A stretch of DNA of 63,994 nt, the filler included, from Basidioascus undulatus (lineage: Eukaryota), in NCBI GenBank assembly GCA_000826855.1. It is 3 parts of 3 records of this genome, joined end to end, with 100 filler letters (N's around TTAATTAATTAA, not from the genome) between each part and the next. Parts side by side here need not be neighbours in the genome. Positions count along the whole stretch, not along the records: positions 21,920 to 43,720 come from JTLS01000317.1; positions 43,821 to 63,994 come from JTLS01000380.1; 1 more part is not named here. One strand, 5' to 3'. Shown piece by piece: positions 41,030 through 50,891 of this stretch. Numbering within the stretch: position 1 is the stretch's first letter; the number at the start of each line of letters is the position of its first letter. The notes below the pieces were generated by a model. That model had not been told where the DNA came from. It was given only the letters and a program-made list of their open reading frames with translations, and searched no databases. Both the position numbers and the translations under genes were made by a program.

Positions 41030-42140
41030 GTGCAGTGTTCAGTTCGAGTTGCGCTCACAGAAGCCTCTACTCAGGTCAGCGTTCAGCTGAACTAAGACTT
41101 TGGAAGGGCTCTGTTGAGCATAAGATTCCTCGTGATAACTTCAGGAAAACTTTACTGTCGTCCACACCGACTATGCGCCCGATGTGCCTTCTTCTTTGTT
41201 TATGCCTCTTCCTACTGTGACACCAAAGCTTTTCGGTCGGTACTCTTTCTTTTTAGTGCACTGAGCTCTTGGAGACTCTCTTAATTCACTATCTTCTTCG
41301 CCGGCGGCAAGGGTATAGTGTGTCCCATCCCCCGGCATCGACGTACAACATGGTTGTGTCACTTGCTCATATGTGCTGACTATATACATTGCCCGCACTA
41401 GAACGGAGACTTGAGACCGACGTGCACCGAGTTCATCCCCATTATAGAATTCCGTGGAAAGGTACCGCCAGAGTCGAATCATAGAGGCATATGAGACTTG
41501 CACTGCACACGGGATCTAGACATAGCTGCGCTGACGTGTAGCCAATGATGAAGTTGCTGTGGTTCAGTATGGCTCACTATATTTATGTAGCCATGAGAAA
41601 TTCTGCTACCTTGCTACCGACAGGGACTTTCCAAGTCACGACCCGTCCCAACTCATGTGCAGGTTCTACGTGTCCAATCATACCAAGCATTGTTCATCTC
41701 GAAATCGAAACATCCTTAATCGTACACTTTACCGCCATTAATGTACATATTTTTCCAGTGCATTATACCTTGAGCTTGATGCGATAGTTTTCCTCATTGA
41801 ACACCAATCTTTGCCACAACTTCACCTCATGCTGCAGTGTTCGAGTTGTGCTCAGAGATCTCTACTTGGAGCAGCGTTGAACTCAAGGAAAATTTGGGAA
41901 GGGATACTTTTAGAGGAAGATTGATCTTGAGAACTTCAGGAAAACTTCATTCTGCACACTGACTCAGACTATGTGTCCAATGTGCCCTTCTTCGTCTCTG
42001 CCTCTTCCTACTGCTACGTGTGAAGCATTTCGGTCAGTTCTCTTCTAGTTCGATGGGAACTTGAAGGTTTTTCTTGGTTCAAAGTATCTTCTTCAAAGGC
42101 TGCAAGGGTATCAGTGCGTCCCATCTCCTTGACATCAACA
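41030..42140. repeat. Degenerate ~300 bp tandem duplication
   Basis: 41030-41345 resembles 41833-42135, e.g. aacttcaggaaaactt, gactatg.g.cc.atgtgcc, tgcctcttcctactg, tatcttcttc, gcaagggtat, gt.cccatc occur in both. Confidence 0.75.
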
Positions 42141-43720
42141 TATAACACGATTATGTTGCTCCGACTGCCGACATTGTCCTCCATAGAACTAAATGATGCA
42201 ATGCCGTTACATTTGTCGAATTTTATCGGTGGAAGACCATGACCTCCAGCATTTAGAGAACTATTCTCGTGTCGACACCAAGGTGATGGGTAAACAACGT
42301 AACGACTCGAACATCACGCTTTTTTGCATTTGGGAACAATCTCTGAATCAAGGATAACAGTGACCGCTGCCAACCTCCTTTGGGTATCAACACTAGGACA
42401 CTCTCTTTACATTCACATTTGAGCATTCACATTGAGTTGTCAACCAGCCAAAACATTGACAGGATTCAAACCCCTGAGTGAACACAAACGGAGGGTTCAA
42501 CCTGCTCGGTCATGTCAAATGGCATAATCCATGTATTGGGTGATTGTACTTATGACTATCAACGTTTCTGAGACATTTTGCTCGCCGCGAGTTGTTTGTC
42601 TCCGAGTCTCCGCAAAGGCAATCTGACTTGGCAGGGAGGGGCTGCTGGTGTATCTCAGAATGTAAGAAGAACAGTGTCCCTCTTATCATGAGTAGATCCT
42701 AAAATAACAACTGTGCTCAAAACGTAACCCTTAAGTCAACAAGACTAAAAGGTCAGGGTGCACACATCCGCGCAGGCGCAGTTTTGGCGACTGGTGAATT
42801 GCCACTCAAACAAAAGCACAAAAGCCGACAGCAGAGCTGCGCTGGGAAACATAGACAGGATGTTTGTGCTTTTTGTTCTCTATGGATGGGCCAGTGCAAT
42901 AGAGCGAGCGCATGTTTAGTTCAGGTGAATGCGGAGGGTTCGCTGGAAGTTTGTGGTGATAGGGTGAGTCTCTTTGGCACTCGCATGCCATCGTTCTTGC
43001 CTTATTCAACTGAACATGATCCTTTATGTTGTGGAAATTACCTTGTTTCACTCTGGATTTATCAGGAAAGAGGTCGGCGCAATAGGGGCCTAATGGAAAC
43101 CGGAGTTCGAAAAGGCAGTCTGCAACTGTCCTGTTCACACACACGAAAGTCATCTTGGAATGCTGAGACATGTGAGGGAAAGTCTTTTCTTAGACTCCGA
43201 CGTCACTTACCAATTCCGCTTCTCTTGGTAGTTCCTGAACCAGCTGACCTGGTTGGCTGTGTCTTCGCTGTGCCGAAACAGACAACAAACACAAATATCA
43301 CCTGGCTCTACGCTCTTTCCACTTTTTACTATGCCATATAGCTAAGAGAAGCGCTCAAAATAGTCAAAGTCTCTTTCTCCTCATTGCCTGCGCTTTCGGC
43401 ATGTTCGCCGCACCCGTGCCACAGACAGGTGAGGGACTCAAGCAATTCCATGCTGGGGACCATACTGATGGATCCTAGACTCCAAATTACAGCCCCTAGA
43501 GGAGTTTACCAACATTTCATGGAGGTAAGCGAGACGACGTGGATGCTGATATACTTGCCTGAAGGGATGGCTGAGCATTCATGGAGTTGGGGGTACAGCA
43601 GTTGTATGTCCTTTCCACCCTGATCTTTTCCACATGTCACCACTCTCAATTATCTTACTGATCCAGTGCCACTTGATGAGATCTGCTTGGTCTGTCAAGA
43701 ATTCGACTGGGTGGGGCAGA

Positions 43721-43820
43721 NNNNNNNNNNNNNNNNNNNNNNNNNNNNNNNNNNNNNNNNNNNNTTAATTAATTAANNNNNNNNNNNNNNNNNNNNNNNN
43801 NNNNNNNNNNNNNNNNNNNN
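43721..43820. other. Artificial contig-joining spacer
   Basis: 44 N + TTAATTAATTAA + 44 N, identical to the first spacer. Confidence 0.97.
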
Positions 43821-44445
43821 TGATGTCCGGAATCGGGTGGCCCGCGTCTCTGCAGGCCTTCATCACCACTGCCCTCCCGCGCTCCTTCTAGTCAGTATCA
43901 CTGCCGTCGCTGCTACGCACGAGCCAGACGCCGGCAAGCCCACTTCCTCGACTCAGGGAATTGGAATTTCCAAATTCAGTTCTACCGATTAAGGTCGCGT
44001 CCCGGGACCGAAAAAGTAGGAAGTAGGAAGTAGAAGGAAGTGACCCCACGCACCGTCCGCGCCGTACTGCTGCCCATCAGCAACGATATCCTCGAACTCC
44101 AATCCGACCTGGCAGTTCAGACAGAGCGTCGCGTTGGCCGCCATGCCGGCGGAGCAGTAGCACTCATTCAGGCCTTCGAAGTTCAGGCCGGTCGAGGAGG
44201 AGGTGGAGTCCGCCTCGGTCAGGTTGCAGTTCTACCCGCCCGTTTTCCGCCCGTTCAGCAACATGGAAGAAGGAGCAGGAGGAGAGGGGAAGGGGATGGG
44301 GATGAGTAAGACGGACGAAGATATAGTACTGACCCTCGTCGCACCCCGTGCAGGACTCGGCAAGGTCGGACTCTTCATCCCGCGCTTCGAGGCGGAACGC
44401 ATGTGCGGAGAGCGCGAGGAGGGGAAGGAGGAGCGTGGCGCGCAT
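43821..44445 (-). CDS. Small secreted cysteine-rich protein, 3' truncated at contig edge
   Basis: Signal peptide MRATLLLPLLALSAHA, then ESCTGCDEGQYYIF|NCNL...NECYCSAGMAANATLCLNCQ...|VVMKACRDAGHPIPDI. Confidence 0.7.
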
Positions 44446-44870
44446 CGTTGCCTTCAGACTCTCTTTGTGTGCTTCTTGAAAATGAGTGTGGGTGTGAACG
44501 AGCGTAGCGAGCGTGCCGGAAAAGAAGAATGGAAGAACGGGAGAGAGACTGGGAGAGGAAAGGGGGAGTTAAGATCGCAAAGTCCTTTTGTGTGTCTGCA
44601 GTGCAGGTCACGAGGCCGCGTCGATATGTATCGATATTCAGGCACATCAAGGTACGGAAGTGGGTTGCGGACAGACGGACGGAAAGGGGCAGACGTATTA
44701 ATAGCTGTGCTTGGCGGGATGGGCGCAGCCTACGTACTACGTAATGTACTCAGGCGGACGACCGAAAGATCTTATTGCCGGTCCTCTTCCCTCCTCACCT
44801 TCATCATCTAGGCCAACCTTGACTGCCCTGACCGCCTTGCTTTTCATCGAACGAGGCTTACTTACTCACC

Positions 44871-46766
44871 ATGTCCTACGAAATCGATCAAATAGAACTC
44901 GAAATTGCTCAAGTCGACCAGGGCTTTCACTCGTCTTCTCTCTCGTCCGGCTTAGCAATCGAATCCTCTCCGAGCCCTGCTCCGAGCTTCGCGTCCGAGC
45001 TTCCTCCAGTCGACGGAGGGCGCGGGGCATGGACGTATTTGGCCAGCGCCTTCCTCGTCGAAGCTCTTGTCTGGGGTTTCCCGGACAGCTATGTGTGTTC
45101 GCGTTTCTTCATGTTTTCGTCAGTCATCTGGGCGAGCTGACCCCCGCGTTCACAACAGGGTGTCTTCCTGAAGCACTACCAGACGCACCCACCCTTCTCC
45201 GAGGACTCAACGTCGCTCTTGCCTCTCACTGGTGTCCTTACGACTGGCATCATGTACATATCCAGCCCGGCCTTCATCGGGGTCATGAACCGCTGGCCCG
45301 AAGTGAGAGGCCCGAGCAAGTGGTTGGGAGTCGCGGCCTGCTCTGGCAGCCTTTTGGCTGCAAGCTGGGCTACCAAGGTGAGCCAAGCTGGAGCGCCACA
45401 TTCTTGCATCAATTCATGCTCATCTCGGGACCGTGCAGGCTTGGCACCTTGTCCTCACGCAAGGCGTGCTCTACGGGCTGGGCGGATGTGCGTGATATCC
45501 GTGGTATCCGCGTTGCTTGCGTTTCCGAGCTTTTCAACTAATGAGACTCTATCTAGCACTTCTGTATCAGCCGACGGCCTCCTATACCTCGGAGTGGTTT
45601 GTCGCCAAAAGGGGGCTGGCCCTGGGCGTCGTATTTGCGGGTGAGCCAGAATCCTCCTGAAGTTGACCGGCGAGCATTTCTGACGAGAAGTGCAGGGACT
45701 GCGGTCGGTGGACTCGTGCTTCCCCCAATAATCGAGGCTTTGTTGTCTCGTTATGGGGTTGCGATAACGCTTCGCGCATTGGTTAGTAGTTCTGCCATCG
45801 CCAAAGCACGACACTTATTCAGGAATCCAATATCCAGGCTCTCGGGGTACTTGTTCTTCTTCTCATTACCATGCCCTTCCTCCGAGGGCGTCTGCCGGCG
45901 TCCAGGGCAGCTCGGTCGGGCCGTGAGCATGGGCAGGGCTGGGAGTGGAACTCCGCCTTCTTCGTCTTTGTGATCGCCAACACGCTCCAGGGTCTAGGCT
46001 ACTTTATTCCCAGCTTGTACCTTCCAAGTAAATTCAAAGTTTTGCGTACATTGACCATTTGCGGATTTATCGCTTGATGCTGATTACGGACTGCAGCCTA
46101 CGCGGAATCGTTACGGTTGCCGAGCTCCGTCGGATCCGCGGCTGTGTCATGCTTGAACGGTACGTTGTTATCTCGGGCGTCTTTCCCGTATAAGACGAGA
46201 TGTTCATATTTGGCTTCAGGAGCCGGACTTATCTCCCGCCTCTTACTCGGTGCACTGTCCGACCGCTTTTCTCCGTACACTCTCGCCACCAGCAGTCTGC
46301 TTTTATCAGCTATGTCGGTTTTCACCCTTTGGGGACTCTCCACGTCTCTCCCGTGTAAGTGCTCCCTCGTGCGTCCCAGCCGCAAGTGACTGACCTTTTC
46401 CACTACCCCTCCGCAGTGCTGATCGTTTTCTCTCTCTTGTACGGCTTCTTCGCCGCCGGGTATCCTTCTCTCTGGGCGGCCATCATCGGCCGGGACACCT
46501 CGCCTTCCCGCTTCTCGACTCTCTTCGGCATCCTCTGCGTCTCCCGCGGGCTCGGCAACTTGCTCACTGCGCCGGTTTCGACGGGCCTGCTAAAGCGCAC
46601 CCTGGGCACGGGTGTCTTGGGCGGCTATGCACAGCCTTACGCGGGATCGCACAGTGGCACTTTCGGCCCGCTCATTGTATGGGTCGGTGCTTTGCTGGCC
46701 GGAGCTGGGCTGGTCTCTGCTGGGATAGAGGGTGTCCAAGTCCACCGGTTGAAGGTTAGAGCATGA
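44871..46766 (+). CDS. MFS transporter, monocarboxylate porter (MCH-like) family
   Basis: LPPVDGGRGAWTYLASAFLVEALVWGFPDSY|GVFL, LVLTQGVLYGLGG, SEWFVAKRGLALG, SRLLLGALSDRF; ~12 hydrophobic segments. Confidence 0.92.
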
Positions 46767-46899
46767 GCCTCGAATGCATCAGTGCCCTTCTGCACGCGTG
46801 TTGCGAGATTTGTGTGCGCTCTTAAAGTGTCTGATGTCCATGTTCGCTGGAATCAATCGAAATCCTTATCTGTCTGGAGAGCGTGCGGCTTAAATAGCC

Positions 46900-47990
46900 G
46901 CGACGGCTGCCGCCAGCTTCGAAAGGTATCGACCAACCGGTATGTTGCGGTACCGCGCTGTTCGTCGTCTCCTCCCATTCCGTTCGATTCAGGCCGATGC
47001 ACTGTAGGCCAAGATCGGTGATGCTCCCATTCGTGCCACCGAAAAAGATGATTAAAACTCTGTGACATGAGGAATGGAATCGTTATTGAAGTACTCACGT
47101 GAGGCGTTGTCGGGTTGACGTTCTGCATGTCCTCCATAGCGCCAAACCAGCTGCGAGGATCGTTTGGTTTGAGTTAGAATTGAGGGTCATAGACCAGGAG
47201 AGACTCACGATACCGCTCAACCCATTTAGTCAAGTCCACGAAGACCTGCGTTTCTGAGAGGAAAGCCACAATGTCGTCGTAATTGCATTGCGGGCCGCCG
47301 TTCTGTGGCAACCGTCAGTGGTCGTCTAGAGTGCAGTAGTCAAAACGCTTACAAAGTCTTGACACTGTTCGCGTTACATGTTGGTAAGACTATTATCTCA
47401 AGATACGACCTAAGAAGACGTACAGCCCACTCCGTGACCCAGACGCTCATGTCGAACGTATCGTGCATGTCTTCCTGTGTCGCAGCGCTGTGGTCAACGG
47501 CGCTCGAACAAACCCAGCTGAAGCGCACTCACCAAGTACGCCTTGAATCCCTCCAAGCTCGTGGTATAGTAGTGCAGCGCCAGAAAGTTGAACCCGCACT
47601 GGTCTCCGCATTCGGCGGTGAAGTTGACCAGCCACTCCTTGCTGTGGGTCAGCGCCGGGGTGCCGAGCAAGATGTCTTGCGCTCGGAGCGGTTCCAGGTG
47701 CTCCTTCCAAATCGCAACGCCTTCTGAAACAGTCAAATTGGCCTGCTCATGGAAGTTCGGTCTGTGAAAAATGCTCAGTATCCTCTCGATTCGGGTATAT
47801 CGAAGACGTACTCGTTGAAGATTAGCACGTGAGACGTACAGTGATATGTAGTTCCATTTGCTATTGGGCCACGCCAACTCGATCTTCGCACTTAGATTTT
47901 GAGCGCGGGCGGCAGCGACACACGACGGGATGAGTAACGATATTCGAGTGAGCGCTAGTCTCAAACTGACCCGGATGGACTCTGAGAAGC
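46900..47990 (-). pseudogene. GH128 beta-1,3-glucanase pseudogene (internal deletion, no start codon nearby)
   Basis: LAWPN, then out-of-frame SHVLIFNE|PNFHEQAN, LALHYY, VWVTEWA, WVERY, WFGAM, GSITDLGLQ. The YxW...PMLWG block is missing and there is a frameshift near 47110. Confidence 0.8.
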
Positions 47991-48002
47991 CACTCACTGG
48001 GC

Positions 48003-48640
48003 TACACATCACCCCGCACAGGCTGGCTTTCGACATGGCTACTCCTGCTGTCGATGCAGAAGCCAGGTCGGGTAGGAAGAGGTACGCGGTCTTCCTTGAC
48101 TTTGCGACAGCCTACGACTCCCCCACAGTGGGAGCGAGAGACCGAGTCCTGAGCGCTCGAGGGCACCCCTAGAGTGGCGCTCCATGATATGGGCTCTGAC
48201 GGGGCAAGCCTGGTGGTGAACGGCCAGCGCCTGCCCCCCTTCCGCCGGACCTGCGGCTTTACCCAGGGGAGCCCCGCATCACCCATGCTATTCAACATCT
48301 TTATTGACCCCTTGGTCAAAGGACTGAACGCCGAGGCAGACCTTGCATTTGACAGAGACGGCTGCACCATGCCAGCATCCTGTTTCTTCGCAGATGAGGG
48401 TTCCATTCTGACGCGAACCCATGCTGAGGCAGCCCGCCAGAGCAGCACGGCATGCACTTCAATGTGGCCAAGTGTGGGGTGATCTCCCGCGACCCTGCAC
48501 CACTGACGCTCTATGGACAGGCTCTCCCCAACGTTCCCACCTACAAGTACCTTGGGATTCCCGTCGAGTGGGGGGTGCAGACTGGGTAGGATCGATCCTC
48601 TCCTCAACAGCCAAGACGGACGGGCTGCTACCATGACCGC
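48003..48640 (+). mobile_element. Degenerate non-LTR (LINE) retrotransposon RT fragment, C-terminal part
   Basis: HPAQAGFRHGYS, VFLDFATAYD, LVVNG...GFTQGSPASPMLFNIFIDPL, FFADEG (decayed ADD), FNVAKC, YKYLGIP, with frameshifts. Confidence 0.88.
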
Positions 48641-49152
48641 CCTTCGCTACCTGATCCCCCTCCTTTCGCTGCCTGGTGCAAAGCTTTTCCCTCCGGATTT
48701 TGACGCTGGCCCAGTCCCTTTTGACATGTTCCCTCTCCTGCTTCCCGCCCTTATCCCCCCGCCTCCCGTCTCCTGTCCCCCCGCCCCCACCTTAGAAGTC
48801 TACTCCCCCAGCAGCCCACTAGAAGCGTCGCATGCAGAGCTCTTAACGCCTAACCTTCTCGCACCCCATCGATACAATTTCACTTGCTACCTGAAATCAC
48901 GTCGCAGTATCCTATTCGCCTCCCTCCTCTTCGAGTTTTCCGCCGCTGGCTGATAACAGTCGCCCAGGACGCCGAAGATGCTTGCGAAGCTCTGCCGCGC
49001 GCAGAATCTCACATGCATTCTGACAGAAAGAGAAGCTCAACTTAGGGCAAGAGTGCAAAAGCGACAAGCAATAAGGTCAATAGCGGCTAAGATTCGATAC
49101 CTGTTGTTTCACAACCCCGAAGCAAGCCCAAACCCCACGCAAATGACTCCCC

Positions 49153-50517
49153 CTAAACCCCGAAGCGAGCAACAGCACGGTTAACCTCCTCACAAGTGTC
49201 CGAGAACTCCCCTCCATTGTCAACAACCAGGTCCGCGATGTCGCGGATCCTGTCCGCCCCGCGCGAGCGCTTGACCTCGTCCTTCGAGGCATCGAAACGC
49301 CCTCCCTGCGCCTCGGTCCGGCTGCAGCGCAACTCGAGAGGGGTGTCCAAGTAGACGACCAGCAGCTTCGAAGCGGAACTGTGCGAGCTGTTTGTCGGCT
49401 TGTCGAGGGTGTTGGACAGCTCTCCGGGCACGCCGTTGCCGATCAGCTCGCGTAGTCGACGAGTTAGCTCGTAGCTGTGCAAGCTCTCAAGGGTAATGAC
49501 CTTCAGCCAGCGGTGCGCGCGCGAAAAGCGATCGAGTTCATGCACAAGCTCGAGGGCCTGCTTGTCCTCGGGGAGGTCGTAGATGTGGCGTCCGAGCCGC
49601 GCACCAGCCAGCTCGAGCAGGTACCCAATCTTGAGGCGGAAGGCGCCGCCGTTCGAGGAAAAAAAAGCGCTCGAGACGGTAGTGGTTGCCACCGTTGACT
49701 TGCCGCACTCCGACAGGCCCCCAAAGGCCGGGCAGCAGCGCAAGTTCTGGAGAAGGGGCGTCCAGGAGTTCCCGACACCGCACAGACGCTGGAGCGCTTC
49801 AGTAAGTTTGCCCAGAGTCTCCATGAACGTCTCACCCTTCTTGCGAGTGATGACGAACGTGTAGCGGCCCGCGGCGACCTGGCGCTCGAGCGCTTCATGA
49901 AGGAGAAGCTGGTACTGGCGGTAGACTTGAGTGACGGGCGTGGACCGCTCCTCCTCCTTCAGACACCATTCGACGGCGTCTTCGAACGTGCCGGCACGAC
50001 GCAAGAGCAGACGGATAGTCTCAGTAGGGAAGCTGGCGCTCTTGCTGGCCAGGATGACGCTGAGACGCTGCTCCGCTTCGGAAACAGTGATCGAGTTCCG
50101 AAGGGCGATGCGTGCCACGCACACTGCCTCGAACATGACGGAGGAGCGATCGAGAACACTTCCAGGAAGCGAGAAGGTCTGACCGCCGACCACGATGGAC
50201 TTGGAACGACCGTCAGCGTGCCCGGGCCCCTGAGCGACTTCGAGACGGGCTGTGCAGGCTTGGAGGATTGTCTGCACAAACTCGTCGTCGGATGCTCCAC
50301 CCGACAAGGATGCGAGCTGGCCATCGATATCCAGTGGTCCGAACCACCAGGTGCCGAGAGAGCCTTCGGTGATCATGGCATGCATCACGGGGTCGAACAG
50401 AGGAATGCCGCCGACGTGCTCCAAGGGCCATGTGCGAGGAAAGAGACTGAGCAGGGTCGTCTTGCCGATGTTGTCGGGACCCGAGAGCGAGATAGTGAGT
50501 CGAGCGATGTCAGTCAT
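49153..50517 (-). CDS. Intronless tandem double P-loop nucleotide-kinase-like protein (~454 aa)
   Basis: Open frame from ATG 50517. Domain 1: ISLSGPDNIGKTT ... VLDRS (dTMP-kinase-like DR). Domain 2: FGGLSECGKST ... VVYLDTPLELRCSR ... ADLVVDNGG (CoaE/NMP-kinase-like lid and C-terminal motifs). Confidence 0.8.
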   Translation of the reverse strand: MTDIARLTISLSGPDNIGKTTLLSLFPRTWPLEHVGGIPLFDPVMHAMITEGSLGTWWFGPLDIDGQLASLSGGASDDEFVQTILQACTARLEVAQGPGHADGRSKSIVVGGQTFSLPGSVLDRSSVMFEAVCVARIALRNSITVSEAEQRLSVILASKSASFPTETIRLLLRRAGTFEDAVEWCLKEEERSTPVTQVYRQYQLLLHEALERQVAAGRYTFVITRKKGETFMETLGKLTEALQRLCGVGNSWTPLLQNLRCCPAFGGLSECGKSTVATTTVSSAFFSSNGGAFRLKIGYLLELAGARLGRHIYDLPEDKQALELVHELDRFSRAHRWLKVITLESLHSYELTRRLRELIGNGVPGELSNTLDKPTNSSHSSASKLLVVYLDTPLELRCSRTEAQGGRFDASKDEVKRSRGADRIRDIADLVVDNGGEFSDTCEEVNRAVARFGV

Positions 50518-50891
50518 AATGGTGAGGATAGATGCGCTGATAGAAGTGGCTGTTGAGTTGGAGGGTGGAGTCGATCGAAGGAAAGGAACAGGGAAGTGAA
50601 GACGAATGACTGGGAAGACACGAATGACTGGGCTCCAACGGCGCGGCAAATCCCAAATGACTCGTTCCCCGACCATGGCGACCTTTTGGAAGGCATAAAG
50701 GGGGTGTGTGTGGAAACGGGGGACTCACATTTTGTTTGGACAGACGCATTCCACATACACAGCCCCAAAACCGTCCGCAATTGCAAGCTTCCGCCAGGCA
50801 CGCTCGTGGCTTTTATCTTATCCTGGAATTTGGGGTTGTGAGAGCGCTGAGCACGGAATGCACTTTTGCAGAATGTCTCAAACCCCCTCTC

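Noticed and set aside
48003..48640. Retron, group II intron or DGR reverse transcriptase linked to the kinase genes
   Set aside because: The motifs (QAGFR, QGSPxSPxLFN, YKYLG) are of non-LTR retrotransposon type, the frame is broken, and no ncRNA or template repeat is visible.
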